Notes under the pieces: model-generated
Databases searched by the model: none
What the model was told of the DNA's origin: nothing
Seen by the model: only the letters and a program-made list of their open reading frames with translations
Program-made: the position numbers and the translations under genes
NCBI GenBank assembly: GCA_963674865.2
Contig: CAXXYE010000003.1
Location: 64,001 to 128,000 of the forward strand
Length of the DNA: 64,000 nt
DNA from: Candidatus Hydrogenedentota bacterium
GTDB taxonomy: Bacteria > Hydrogenedentota > Hydrogenedentia > Hydrogenedentales > SLHB01
Reading direction: 5' to 3'
Shown: positions 28,614-40,500 of the stretch, in pieces
Position numbering within the stretch: position 1 is the stretch's first letter
How the letters are laid out: each line of letters begins with the position of its first letter

Positions 28614-30566
28614 TCATTTCCCGGGATGTATTTTGGGAAGCCTTATGACAAACCGCGTATGCGGGCTTTCGGGATCGATGAACAGCGTCCCACAATGATC
28701 TTCGACAATGCTCCTCGAGATGCTCAGTCCGAGGCCCATACCCTGCCCTACCCCCTTGGTTGTGAAGAAAGGATCAAATGCCCGGCCCGCGAGGTCCGGG
28801 GGCATGCCGCTCCCGCTATCCGTCACCGTCAAATCCACGACGTCTTCACGGTCCGTCACGCCAAGCTCGACCCACCGCTCCGGCGCATCGGCTACCGCAT
28901 CGTAGGCATTGTTCAGAAGATTGACGAGAACCTGAGATATCAAGGCTCGACGGCACTCAATCATAAGGCCGTCATCCACACTCGGAGTCTGAGTCCTGAT
29001 GCCCCTTAGCCTGAATCGAGTGCGCGACAGGGCAATACTGTCCTCGATGATGGCCTTGAGGGGCACCGCGGCGAAGGAGTCTCCGCTGGCGTCTCTGGCC
29101 AGGTTTTGCAGGCCGTGGATAATCTCGTCAATCCGATCCACATTGCGCATGATGATGCCGGTCAGGTTCTCGAGCATGTCGGTATCGGCGCTGGCGCGGG
29201 ATAGGAGCCGCTCGAGTTGCTCCGCGGCGGCCGAGATGTTGGCCAAAGGGTTCTTGACCTCATGCGAAATGCCGCCGGCCATCGTGCCAATGGAGGCCAG
29301 CCGGGAAGAGGCAATCATTTTGACCTGCTGAGCGGCAATGACCTGTTCTGTCCGTTTCCGCGCCGTGATGTCCACTGCCGTAGCCGTCATGAACGCCGGC
29401 TCGCCTTCTTCGCCGTAGATGATCGAACAGTTCATTAGTGTTGGAAAAACGGTGCCGTCTTGGTGTTTGTGCCAGACCTCTTCGGCTGTGAAGGAGCCCT
29501 CTCGCTTTAATGTCGTCAGTAATTTGTTAACACGCCCCATCTGCTCTGGCGTGTGGAATACCGAGAGGCTCGCACCCAAGATATTTTCAGGCGAGAGACC
29601 ATGCATGCCCGCGAACGACTCGTTTGCGTAGATGAGATAACCCGCTAGATCGACAATGGCGACCCCGTATCCCGCGTGATCCGCGATGGTCTTGAACTTT
29701 TTCAGTTCCTCTTCATGGCGCTTCCGGTCGCTGATGTCGCGGAAGAAAACGAGGTCAGCCGGCGCCCCGCGCCATGTCGTCCGTGTGGTGCCGACCTCGA
29801 CGGCCAAGGCCGTCCCGTCCTTGCGGACAATGCGTGACTCGTAGTGTTTGGGCGTGGACTCCCCTCGTAGCCGTTTTTCGAGGCGGGCGCAAAGCGCCGG
29901 AGTTTCCTCCGGGTGCGCCAGGCCCTGCATCCCTATCGTCAGCAGCTCCTCAAGGCTGTATCCTGTGAGCTCCGCCGCGCGCGGGTTTGCATACACATGG
30001 CGCCCCTCGGCGTCTGCCACGACAATACCGTCGAAGGCGTTCATTGCCAGCGCCTGGAAATTCGCTTCGCCCTGCCGCGCCGAATAGAGGGTCCCAAGAA
30101 TCGACGCGTACAGCTCGAGGAAGTTGACATCACTTTCGGTGATGGGCTCCTGCCGGCGCAGATTGTCGGTGACGACGAGTCCGATAGACTGTCTGCCGTC
30201 CCAGAGGCTTGCTGCGGCGAAGCTCCCGTGGCCGATCACCTCCCCGTCCACGTTGCGTAGCGGCCTGTCGTGCTCTACTTCCGACGCCTGTTCTCCAAAA
30301 AGCAGCGCGTGCCACTTCGAAGCGGGACGGATAGGCCGCCTCAGTGTGCGCTCGTCAAGCAATTCCCCTTGAGCCCCGATCCCAAAAGAACCTCGAAGGT
30401 ACGAGGGATCCGTGTCGACAAACCAGATCGCAATCCGATCAAAACCCAGGCGCTCCCGGCCCAGCTCGACGGCTATCCGGCACAGGTCGTCGACTGATTC
30501 CGCCTGGGCGAGGGCGCCCCAGACATCTGCGAGAACACCTAGACGCTCGAGGGATTTCTCCACCAA
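28614..30566 (-). CDS. GAF-PAS-PAS sensor histidine kinase
   Basis: H-box ISHEVKNPL, N-box NLLNNAYDA, DSGSG and FDPFFTTKGVGQGMGLGL; two PAS units ending in DIS/DIT. Confidence 0.92.
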   Translation of the reverse strand: MVEKSLERLGVLADVWGALAQAESVDDLCRIAVELGRERLGFDRIAIWFVDTDPSYLRGSFGIGAQGELLDERTLRRPIRPASKWHALLFGEQASEVEHDRPLRNVDGEVIGHGSFAAASLWDGRQSIGLVVTDNLRRQEPITESDVNFLELYASILGTLYSARQGEANFQALAMNAFDGIVVADAEGRHVYANPRAAELTGYSLEELLTIGMQGLAHPEETPALCARLEKRLRGESTPKHYESRIVRKDGTALAVEVGTTRTTWRGAPADLVFFRDISDRKRHEEELKKFKTIADHAGYGVAIVDLAGYLIYANESFAGMHGLSPENILGASLSVFHTPEQMGRVNKLLTTLKREGSFTAEEVWHKHQDGTVFPTLMNCSIIYGEEGEPAFMTATAVDITARKRTEQVIAAQQVKMIASSRLASIGTMAGGISHEVKNPLANISAAAEQLERLLSRASADTDMLENLTGIIMRNVDRIDEIIHGLQNLARDASGDSFAAVPLKAIIEDSIALSRTRFRLRGIRTQTPSVDDGLMIECRRALISQVLVNLLNNAYDAVADAPERWVELGVTDREDVVDLTVTDSGSGMPPDLAGRAFDPFFTTKGVGQGMGLGLSISRSIVEDHCGTLFIDPESPHTRFVIRLPKIHPGK

Positions 30567-30865
30567 ATCACCCTGACTCCGTCACATAACCTGTGTCGCA
30601 CTGGCCGCGCTTCTCATCCCCGCGAAGATTGGTGCGGCCAGGAGGGAGAGCGTGGAGGTCCCGCTCCTCCCCTCCGGCAAAACACATGTACCATAAGCAT
30701 ATGCCATGTGACACGGTTGCGCTTATAATCGCAACCCCTCTCTATTATACAGGACACTCCGGATAATTGCAGTGCTGTCTTTCCGGCCACGTGCATCAAG
30801 TGCCGACTCAGAGGACCCCAGTGCGGAACGAATGCCGCGTCCCCCACCAGTGTGCACGCCGTTGT

Positions 30866-32281
30866 TCAGTCACCAAAGCCAAAAGCGTAGAGCGTCGCCG
30901 CCTCAAGTTCAAACCTCAGCGTAACCTGTTTTCCCAGATAGGGGCCGAGATCATGCGATCCGGGCCACATAATCGGGGCATTCGTGACGTTGCCCGAAAT
31001 GGGCACGCAGTTCTCGAGTCCCGGCACGCCGCTGCCGCCGAGCGCCACACGGACGACGCCCCCTTGGGCATCCGCCGTTACGTAAAGGTGTTTGCCGGAA
31101 CACAAGAACGGCTCGGTGACGATCGTGCCGGGAGGCCCTGCCTCGATTGTGGACAGCCCCGCGAAGCCGTCCGGCCGGAGCCGGGCCAGGCCCAACGCGC
31201 CGGCCCGCCATCCGGAATGGGGGCCATCGCTGCCCCCATAGTAGAGTCGGACCTCGTTCGGGAGAATAACCGGGCAAGCCGCGGCGTAGATGCACCCGCT
31301 ATCGAACGATCCCTCCTGCCCACGTGGTATCAACGGTGAGCCGGGGCATACGCGCGTCCAACGCACCGTGTCCGGACTCCATGCCAACTCGCAATCCACC
31401 ACGTCGGTGGTCGTGTCATACATCATGACGAGGCCCAGCCAGACATTGGCATGGCGAAACACCGGCATCGCGTACGGCTGCACGGCCTGGCTGCCCCGGA
31501 GTACCTCCACGGCTTTGGACCACCGCTCATAATCCGTACTCTCCGTGCGGCCGACGATGCGCTGGTTGTCTTCCCAGAGTCGAGTAATGCCCACGTAGCG
31601 CGCGTTCTCCTGGAACCAGAACGCGTTATTGTGCGTGTCGCCCTGCGCCTCGATCTCGGGACAGGCCTGGAAGGGCTCCCAGTGGAGTCCGTCGGGGGAC
31701 GTTGCGACTCCGCCCTGTGCAAATGCCTTGTATCTACGCCCCGGGTCGGAGTCGTGCCCATCGCGCCACACGCCGGTGCCGTGAATATGCCGCATAACCA
31801 GATTGTTGGCCGTCGAGCCCGCAAATTCCACGATCCCAAGTTCGGGCTTCTCCCAGTGAATCCCGTCTGTGGACTCGGCGTAGCACACGCCCATCTCACG
31901 CTTGCCCGGGCGGTACGGTTTCCCCTCGCGCTCCTCAGGCGGCGTGTTGGCCGTGACTTCATCGAGGATAAACGGGCAGTACCAGGCCCTGTAGACGCGC
32001 TTCTCGCCGTCATACAGCACGTTCGCGTAGAGGTTGTCGAACCGCACCTCCCATGGCTTGTCCTCGACGAAGAGGGGATTGGCAGGCTCCTTCTCGACGC
32101 GTCCCAGCGCGAGCTTCACATTCTCACTCGACGCGACCACGCGCGAATCAAGCAGCAGGTACTTGGCGCTGAGGGATGGATCGGCATGCATAGACTCTTC
32201 TCCAGTCTGAGCAGGGACGGCCATGGATAGAGAACTAAGCAATACCACGGCGCCCACGCTCAAGCAAGTGCAGTTTCTCAT
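30866..32281 (-). CDS. Secreted glycoside-hydrolase-like beta-propeller protein
   Basis: Signal peptide; Asp-box-like YAESTDGIHWEKP, SPDGLHW and WSPDTVRW; RLYYGG; GLARLRPDGF. Confidence 0.72.
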   Translation of the reverse strand: MRNCTCLSVGAVVLLSSLSMAVPAQTGEESMHADPSLSAKYLLLDSRVVASSENVKLALGRVEKEPANPLFVEDKPWEVRFDNLYANVLYDGEKRVYRAWYCPFILDEVTANTPPEEREGKPYRPGKREMGVCYAESTDGIHWEKPELGIVEFAGSTANNLVMRHIHGTGVWRDGHDSDPGRRYKAFAQGGVATSPDGLHWEPFQACPEIEAQGDTHNNAFWFQENARYVGITRLWEDNQRIVGRTESTDYERWSKAVEVLRGSQAVQPYAMPVFRHANVWLGLVMMYDTTTDVVDCELAWSPDTVRWTRVCPGSPLIPRGQEGSFDSGCIYAAACPVILPNEVRLYYGGSDGPHSGWRAGALGLARLRPDGFAGLSTIEAGPPGTIVTEPFLCSGKHLYVTADAQGGVVRVALGGSGVPGLENCVPISGNVTNAPIMWPGSHDLGPYLGKQVTLRFELEAATLYAFGFGD

Positions 32282-32436
32282 AATTTGCCTTTCTTGCAGG
32301 CCGAGCGCTTCCTTCCCGCTATCCTCACGCGCAGCGACTCGGATGGGCTCACGCGAGCCGACTTCCGCCTCAAGCGTGGCCCAACGATGTCCTGATGTTC
32401 TGACTCATAATTGACGTTGCTTATCCGCAGATGAAA

Positions 32437-32523
32437 AAGCGCCAAAAATGAGCGAAAAACCGGGACTGACACAAGCGAAGCGAAGCGAAGACGTGTCTGT
32501 CCCTGCTTTTCGCGCTGCTTTTC
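32437..32523. repeat. Dispersed copy of the REP-like palindromic element
   Basis: Same 23-mer at 32489-32511 and the same leader (AAGCGCCAA..AGCGAAAAAC.GGGACTGA) as 14678-14770; intergenic. Confidence 0.8.
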
Positions 32524-32561
32524 GCGGCAAGAATAAGACGCCATCAGCGTGAGTCACACCA

Positions 32562-34193
32562 CTAATAGCCAATGGCGCACCCGTCCTTGCGCGGATCCGA
32601 ACCGGCAAAGTAGCGGCGCGGATTCTCCTCTCGCCAGATTCCCTGATAGCCGCCGAACGCACTCAAGCGCGAGCCCATCCGGTGGCCGCGCTCTTCCAGG
32701 CCTCGGCGCGTGGCTTCGGGGATGTGCCGTTCGAGTCCCACGGTACCTCCTCCCGTCATTCTCTCGCCTGTCGGGGTGGAACTCCCGGAATGCGCGACGC
32801 GCGGCTGATCGCCCGCCTGCTGGGGCGACATGCCGAAGTCCAGCATGTTCATCAAGACTTGGCTCTGACCTTGAGGCTGAAAGTCTCCCCCCATCACGCC
32901 GAAGGCGAACACCGGCCGGCCCCCTCTTGTAACGAATGCCGGGATAATTGTGTGAAAGGGCCGCTTATGGGGCGCCAACGCGTTCGGGTGCTCCGCATCC
33001 AGTGCGAACGACATGCCCCGGTTCTGCATCGAGAAGCCCAGGCCGTCAGGAGCAAGGTGCGAGCCCCAGGCATGGTAGGTGCTCTGAATGAGAGACACCA
33101 TGTTGCCTTCCTTGTCTGCGGCGGCCAGGTAGATCGTGTCCGATTCGGCCCTGATTCCGGCCTCGACCTGCTCCGATGCATGCTTGGGATCGATCAACTT
33201 AGCCCGTTCCCTGGCGTAGTCTTTCGAGATGAGCCATCCCACGGGCACCTCAGCGCACGCCATGTCCGCGCAGTACCGTGCCCGGTCTTCGAAGGCCAGT
33301 TTCTTCGCCTCGACGAAAAGGTGGAGGTGCTCGGCCGAGTTAGGCGCCAGCGTTCCGATGTCGAAGTGCTCCAGAATGTTCAGGATCTGGAGTGTTGAGA
33401 TGCCCTGCCCACTGGGAGGCATCTCCCACACGTCGAACTCGCGGTAGCTTGCACTGACCGGCTCCACCCACTCGGCCTGGTGCTCGCGAAAGTCACGCAT
33501 GCTGAAGTGCCCTCCGCCGGCCTCGGAAAGAGCCACGATGCATTCGGCGATTTCTCCCTCGTAGAAGGCGGAGAGGCCGTCGCGAGCCAGAAGCTCAAGT
33601 GAATACGCCAGGCTCTCATTAGTTATCACATCGCCGAAGTGCGGGGCGCGGCCGTTGGACAGGAACGCCTTGGCCAGTGATGGAAAACGACGCGCGTCAA
33701 AGCCCCAGCCCGCGGCGATGACAGGCGATACTGGAAAGCCTTTCCGTGCGCATTCGATGACGGGCGCGAGCAGCGTCTTGACGGAACACCGCGCAAAGCG
33801 CTCATGCAGCGCGGCCCAGCCGCTCACACATCCCGGCACCGTCCAGGAAAGCGCACTGTGCGGGGGGATAGCATCGACGCCAAGTCGCCCGGCTGAGGCT
33901 AAGCTCCAGTCGTACGGCGACCGCCCGCTCGCGTTGAGGCCATGCAGCTTCTGGCCCTTTTCATCCCAGATGATCGCGAACAGATCGCCGCCGAGTCCGC
34001 AACTCATGGGCTCCACGAGTCCGAGCATGGCGTTCGCGGCAATGGCCGCGTCTACCGCGCTCCCGCCGGCCTTGAGCGCGTCCACACCGGCTATACTTGC
34101 CAAGGGCTGACTCGTGCAGACGACGCCGTTCCGGCAGACGACGGTAGAACGGTTCTGATTGCGGCCGGCCAGCATGTTCTCATCGATGAGCAT
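32562..34193 (-). CDS. ggt: Gamma-glutamyltransferase family protein
   Basis: GGSAVDAAIA, GLGGDLF, TVPG, SDTIYL (nucleophile Thr), KRPFHTIIP, GVMGGDFQPQG and GSDPRKDG; start uncertain (34193 or up to 34265). Confidence 0.93.
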   Translation of the reverse strand: MLIDENMLAGRNQNRSTVVCRNGVVCTSQPLASIAGVDALKAGGSAVDAAIAANAMLGLVEPMSCGLGGDLFAIIWDEKGQKLHGLNASGRSPYDWSLASAGRLGVDAIPPHSALSWTVPGCVSGWAALHERFARCSVKTLLAPVIECARKGFPVSPVIAAGWGFDARRFPSLAKAFLSNGRAPHFGDVITNESLAYSLELLARDGLSAFYEGEIAECIVALSEAGGGHFSMRDFREHQAEWVEPVSASYREFDVWEMPPSGQGISTLQILNILEHFDIGTLAPNSAEHLHLFVEAKKLAFEDRARYCADMACAEVPVGWLISKDYARERAKLIDPKHASEQVEAGIRAESDTIYLAAADKEGNMVSLIQSTYHAWGSHLAPDGLGFSMQNRGMSFALDAEHPNALAPHKRPFHTIIPAFVTRGGRPVFAFGVMGGDFQPQGQSQVLMNMLDFGMSPQQAGDQPRVAHSGSSTPTGERMTGGGTVGLERHIPEATRRGLEERGHRMGSRLSAFGGYQGIWREENPRRYFAGSDPRKDGCAIGY

Positions 34194-34506
34194 GGGACTG
34201 CCCTCTTTGCCTGACGGCGTCTGCCTCGGCTTCAGCGAGTCGTCATCCTGTCTCATTGTACTCAATGTGCCCTCGCGCGATCCCTGCCCTTGTGCGGCCC
34301 CTATGGAATGGCCTGTTCAACGGAGGCGGGAGGGCTATGCCAGCGCGTAAAGGGGTGCTATCGCGCGGAGAACCTTGGCCTGCCTGCATCCGCCCGTGCT
34401 TCGCGCAAGCATTGCTGGTGTATACTAAATCGCAGTTGTGGTCGCGCTTTCCTCGCGAGAGATCCGCGCGAGGTGAGAAGTCCGCCAGGCTAAGGGAGGC
34501 TCCCGT

Positions 34507-37500
34507 ATGCCCGCTCCTAAGAAGCCCACGAATGCCGCACGACGCAGCCGTCCACGGGGCGCATCGCCCGCCAAGCCGCCCCGAGGGAAGCCGGCGGACG
34601 CGCGCGCAAGGGAGAAGCGCCCTGCCAGGCGCACTGCCGGCGGCAGTAGTCCCGCCTCGGCTCACGAAGACAGCCGGCGCCTTGAAACCTTGCTCGCCAA
34701 CCTTCCGGGGATGGCCTTTCGGCGTCTCAACGAGCCGCGCTGGCCCATGGAGTTTGTGAGCGAGGGATGTTTCGCTCTGACAGGCTACAAACCGAAGGGC
34801 CTTTGCGGCAAACGCGCGCCCCAGTTCGGCGATCTGATCCATCCAAACGATCGCCAAATGGTTTGGGACAAGGTGCAGAAGGCCATCAACGCCGGGCAGC
34901 CCTATCAGGTCGAGTACCGGATACGGACGCGTCAAGGCAAGGAGAAGTGGGCCTGGGAACAGGGAAAGCAGGTGGAGGTCTCAGACGAGGGCGTTGCCGT
35001 CCTGGAGGGTTTCATTACCGACGTGACGGAGCGGAAGTGGGCCGAGGAGCGGCTCCGCCGGAGTGAGGAGAGGTTCAGGGTCATTGCCGAAAACAGCACC
35101 GAAGACATCTGGCAGCTCGATACGGAAGGCAACGTCACCTACGTGTCCCCGGCGGTAGAAGGGCTCTTCGGCTATTCGCGTGATGAGGCCACACAAATGG
35201 CCTTCGCCGACTTCATTGCTCACCATGCACGGGCGGCGGCGACAGAAGTGTTCGAGGCGGCGCTCTCCGGCGTAATGCATCAGTTGGTGGAGATTACGGG
35301 CCGGTGCAAAGACGGTTCGGAATTCCCGCTCGAGGTCAGCGTTACGCCGGTGGCGGAGCACGGGCAAGTGGTAGGTGTTCAGGGCATTGCGAGGGACATC
35401 ACGCGCCGCAAGGAGGCCGAGAGTGCGGAGCTCGCCGCGCGCCGCATGTGGCAGAAGACCTTCCAGGCTATGGCCGATGGCATCTGCGTCATCGATGCCG
35501 ATGGAACGATTCTGCAATGCAATGAATCCATGGCCGCCTTCGTAGGAAAACCACCCGAGGAGGTCGTTGGTAAGAAATGTTGGGAGGCGGTTCACGGGAC
35601 GTCCGAGCCTGTCGATGAGTGTCCTTTCCCGCGCATGCGACGGACGCTCAAACGGGAGTCGGTTACGCTGCAAATGGGCGGCCGCTGGATTCAGGTATGC
35701 GTTGAGCCCATGCTCGACGAGAATGGCGCTCTCGCGAGGGCCGTTCACATTATTACCGACGTTACGGAGCGGAAGCTTGCCGACGACGCGCTGCGGCGCT
35801 CGGAAAGCATGTACAAAGACGTTGTCGAGAGTGCGACGGATCTTGTTTTCACGATGGACTTGCAGGGCGACTGCCTGTTCGCCAACCGCGCGATTGCCGC
35901 CCTCTCAGGCTATTCGCCGGAGGAGCTTCAGGACCTCAACTACCTCGACCTCGTCGTGCCCTGGCAGCGGAAACGGGTGCAACGCCATTACATGCGGCAG
36001 TACCTGAGAAGGGAACTCACAAGCCATATCGAGTACGCTTTCCAGACGAAAGGGGGGCAGATCGTGTGGTTATCCCAGAACGCCACCCTCCTGGTCGAGG
36101 GAGAGCAGATAAAAGGCTTTCATCTCATAGCCCACGATATCACTGAACGCCGCCGGGCTGAAGAAGAGTTGCGACTCCACAGCGCCATCGCGGATCAAGT
36201 TTGGAACTCGATTGTCGCCACGGACACGGACTTCAAGATCACCTATCTGAACAGGGCGGCGGAGGAGCTTTTCGGCTACAGTCTGGAAGAGATTGCTGGC
36301 CAGAGTCCCGGCCTGTTTAACGCCGAGGAACAGGCTCAGGAGATACAAAATGAGATCTACGAGACACTGGCGGCGGGGAGGCGGTACGAGGGCGAGTGTC
36401 TAAACAAGCGCAAAGACGGCAGCACCTTCTTGTGCAACTTCCGGCTCTCACCTGTCAAAGACGCCGAGGGGGAGGTGGTCGGCTATATCGGCGTGCAGCG
36501 TGACGTCACTGCTCAGAAAAGCACGGAGCAGGCGCTTCGCGAGAGCGAGGAGCGCTACCGAGCACTGGTTGATTCATCCAACGACCACATCTTCATGCTC
36601 GATCTTGAGGGCGTGTACATCACCAGCAACGGCCGTGTCGAGGGATTCAAGCCTGGAAAGGGCGAAACCGTCGTTGGACAGCGTATTGAAGGTGTACATC
36701 CCCCCGAGGCGGCGGAAATCTATCGCGAGCAGTTTCAGCACGTCCTTGCCACCGGGGAGAGCGTCACGTTCGAGCACGCCATGCCCGGGCCGGACGGCGA
36801 GCACATCCATGTCGATACTCTCTACCCTATCCGCCGCGACGGCGTGCTCTGGGCCGTTGGTGGATTATGCAGAGATGTCACGGCGCGCAGACGCACCGAG
36901 AAGGAGCTCGAGGATCGCCACGCCGAACTCGAGCAGATCTTCGCCGCCATACCCGCGTCGATCATCTTTGCGGACACGGAGCGGCGAGTTCTAAAGATCA
37001 ACCGGGGATTCACCCGCATATTCGGCTACGAACCGGGCGAGGCCGTGGGGAAGACAGCCCGGATGCTCTACACGAACGACGACGATTATGAACGCGCAGG
37101 GGCTCTCCACTTCAATGCTCTCTTGAGGGATGTCTACGAAGGCGACGAGGTTACTTATCGAAGAAAGAGCGGCGAATTATTTGTCGGTGAGACGGTGGGT
37201 ACGCCCGTCCGCGACGCTGCCGGCAACGCCCTGGGCTTCATCGGCATCGTGCAGGACATCACGGAGAGAAAGAGAACGGAGCAGGCGCTGCGCGATAGTG
37301 AAGCGCTCTTGCGAGAAGTGATTGACACGGTCCCAACCTGCATCTTCGTGAAGGATGAAGGTGGCAGATACTTGCTCGCAAACCGCATCACCGCTGAACT
37401 CTATGGAACCACGCCCGACAGGATGGTGGGCCGGACGGATCTGGATTTCGCGGTCGATTTGCACTTGACAGAGGAAGAAGCCCATGCGTTTTCGTCCGCC

Positions 37501-40500
37501 GATCACGAGGTCATAGCGCGTCAGGAGGCCCGGTTTGTTCCTGAAGAGCCATACACGCGGAGCGACGGGGAGATCCGCTGGTTTCAAACCAGCAAAGTGC
37601 CGCTCACGTACCAGGGGCGGCGCTGCGTGCTCGGCGTGGCCTCGGACATCACCGCCCACAAGCTCGTCGCCGAAAGGCTGCGCGAAAGCGAGAGTCGCTA
37701 TCGCCTAGTAGCGGAGAATGTGTCCGACGTAATCTGGACGATGGATCTCGAACTGCAGCGAACCTACGTGAGTCCGTCCACCACCCAGCTTCGAGGATTC
37801 AGTGTTGAAGAGGTAATGAGTCAGTCCTTGTCCGATACGCTCACCCCGGAATCCTTCGAGAGGATCCGCCCGGTAATCGAGGAGGAGCTGGCGCTGGAGC
37901 AGCAAGGGACGGCCGATCCGAACCGTTCCAGGACGCTTGAACTCCAGGTGACGCACAAGAACGGAGGCGCTGTTTGGACAGAGACAACGGTGAGCTTTTT
38001 TCGAAACGAACAGGGGAAGGCCATGGGCTTCATCGGCCTAACACGGGACATCACCGAGCGGAGGCAGGCGGAGAAGACGCTGCGGAGGTACCAAGTCGCT
38101 GTGGAGAGTGCTACGGAGATGATCGCGGCCTGCGACAAGGAATACCGGTACACCATGGCCAACAGGGCCTACCTCGACTATCACGGGGCTTCGGCCGACG
38201 AGGTAATCGGCGGAAGTGTCAGAGATGTCCTTGGCGAAGCCTACTTCGAGGACATGGTTCGGCCGCTGCTCGACAAATGCCTTTCCGGAGCCCGTCTCAC
38301 CGTCGAAACGGAGCGCGAGTTTCCCGGCAGAGGAAGCCGCATCATCAGCATGAGCCTCTCGCCCGTGCAGACGCCAGACGGCGAGATTGTGGGCGTCATG
38401 GCCGACATTCGCGATGTCACCGAGCGCCGCCAGACGGAGGAAGCGCTTCGGAAGCGTGAGCAACTTCTCAACGATATGGGGCGCATGGCGGAGATAGGCG
38501 GCTGGGAGCATGATCTCCGGACAGGCGAGGCCGTGTGGACGCCGGCCCTTTACGAGATTGTGGAAATCGATCCGGGCACGCGCCCGCCGGGCGTCAACGA
38601 GCACCTCGATTACTACGAGCCCGAGTCCCGGCGTGCTCTCGAGGAGGCCTACAACCGCACCATCGAGACGGGCGAGCCCTTTGACCTCGATCTGCAGGGC
38701 CGCACTGCGAAGGGCAGGTCGTGCTGGTGGCGGGCATTTGGTGAGCCGGTTTGCGACGGTGATGAATGCGTGGGCCTCCGCGGCGCCTTTCAGGACATTA
38801 CGGACCGCAAGCTGGCGGAAGAAGCGTTGCGCCAAAGTGAATTGCGGTTGCGCGAAGCGGTAAGGGGGGGCAACATCGGCCTGTGGGATTGGGACCTCGA
38901 TAAGAACGAAGTCTGGTACTCGCCGGAGTGGAAGCGACAGATCGGGTATGAAGACCACGAGCTCTCGAGTGCCTTCGACGAATGGCAATCACGGGTTCAT
39001 CCCGACGACCTTGAAGGGAACTTGCAGTCTGTTAACGCCTTCCTGGAAGCGCCCTGGCCCGATTACCGCGTCGAGTTCCGGTTTCGCCATAAGGACGGCT
39101 CCTACCGCTGGATCCTGGCGCTGGCCTCGCTCCTGCGGGACGAAGAAGGCAAGCCCACGCGCATGCTGGGTTCGCACGTGGACATCACGGAACGCAAGCA
39201 GAATGAGGAGTTCTTGCGCCAACGTGAAGCGCTGTTGCGCCAGGTGGAATCCCTCTCAAAAGTCGGCGGATGGGAGTACAACGCCGTGTCCGGACAGGTT
39301 ACTTGGACCGGGGAAACATACCGGATTCACGACATCCCCGTTGACCCGAACATTGAACACATCAGACGTAGTCTTTCTTGTTTTCATCCCGAAGATAGGC
39401 CGAAAGTGGAACAGGCTTTTGAAAAATCACTTGCTGAGGCGGAGCCCTATGACCTGGCAGTTCGATTCACTTCCGAGAAGGGCCGCCCCTTATGGGTGCG
39501 TACTGTGGGGCGACCCGTCTTGGACAAGGGAAAGGTGGTCCGTGTGGTGGGGAGCTTCGTTGATATTACCGCGCAGCGAGAGGCTGAGAAAGCGTTGCGT
39601 GCGAGCGAGGCGCGCTACCGCGAGTTGTTCAATAACATGAGCAGCGGTGTTGCCGTGTACGAGGCCTCGGGCAATGGGAACGACTTCGTGTTCCGCGATA
39701 TCAACAGCGCAGGCCAGCGCATAAGCCGGGTTGCCAAAGAGGATGTTATCGGCAAGGAACTGCGAGAAATCTTTCCAGGAGTGGCGGAAATCGGCCTGTT
39801 GGACGCGTTCAAACGGGTTTGGGAGACGGGGGAACCCGAGCACCTGCCGCTCACGCTCTATCAGGATGAGCGCATCACCGAGTGGGTCGAGAACTACGTT
39901 TGTAAGCTGCTTTCCGGGGAGATTGTTGCGATTTACGATGACGTGACGGAGCGTGAGCTGGCCGCCAGGAAGTTGCGTGAGCACGCTGAGTTCGTCGAGA
40001 CCCTCCTCGACACCATCCCCAGTCCCGTGTTCTACAAAGATGCGGAAGGCATCTATATGGGGTGCAACAAGGCCTTTGAGGAGTTTTTCGGGAGGTCACG
40101 GGACGAAATCGTCGGGAAGGGCGTCTACGCCATAAGCCCGGAAGATGTTGCACGGAAGTATGCGGAAAAAGACGACGAACTCTTCCGGCATCCCGGCAGA
40201 CAGATCTATGATTGGCGAGTCGCGCGAAAGAATGGGGAGATACGGGATGTCGTCTTTTACAAGGGCACGTTTGAGGACGCTCAAGGGGCTGTGGCGGGCA
40301 TCATCGGAGTGGTCCTCGATACTACCGAGCGGGCTCAGGCCGAGCGCAGGCTGCGAGAGGCCCATGATCGGCTGGCGGCGTTGTCCGGGCGGCTTGTCGA
40401 GATTCAAGAGATCGAACGCCGGCGTATCGCGCGGGAGCTTCATGACGAGATCGGACAGGCGCTGACGGGCGTGAAGCTGATGCTGAACACCATTCCAGTG

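Noticed and set aside
34337..34355. Degenerate att copy of the tRNA-Glu 3' end (ATGCCAGCGCGTAAAGGGG vs ATGGCAGCCCGTAGGGG)
   Set aside because: Short, with mismatches and a gap; compatible with chance in GC-rich DNA.
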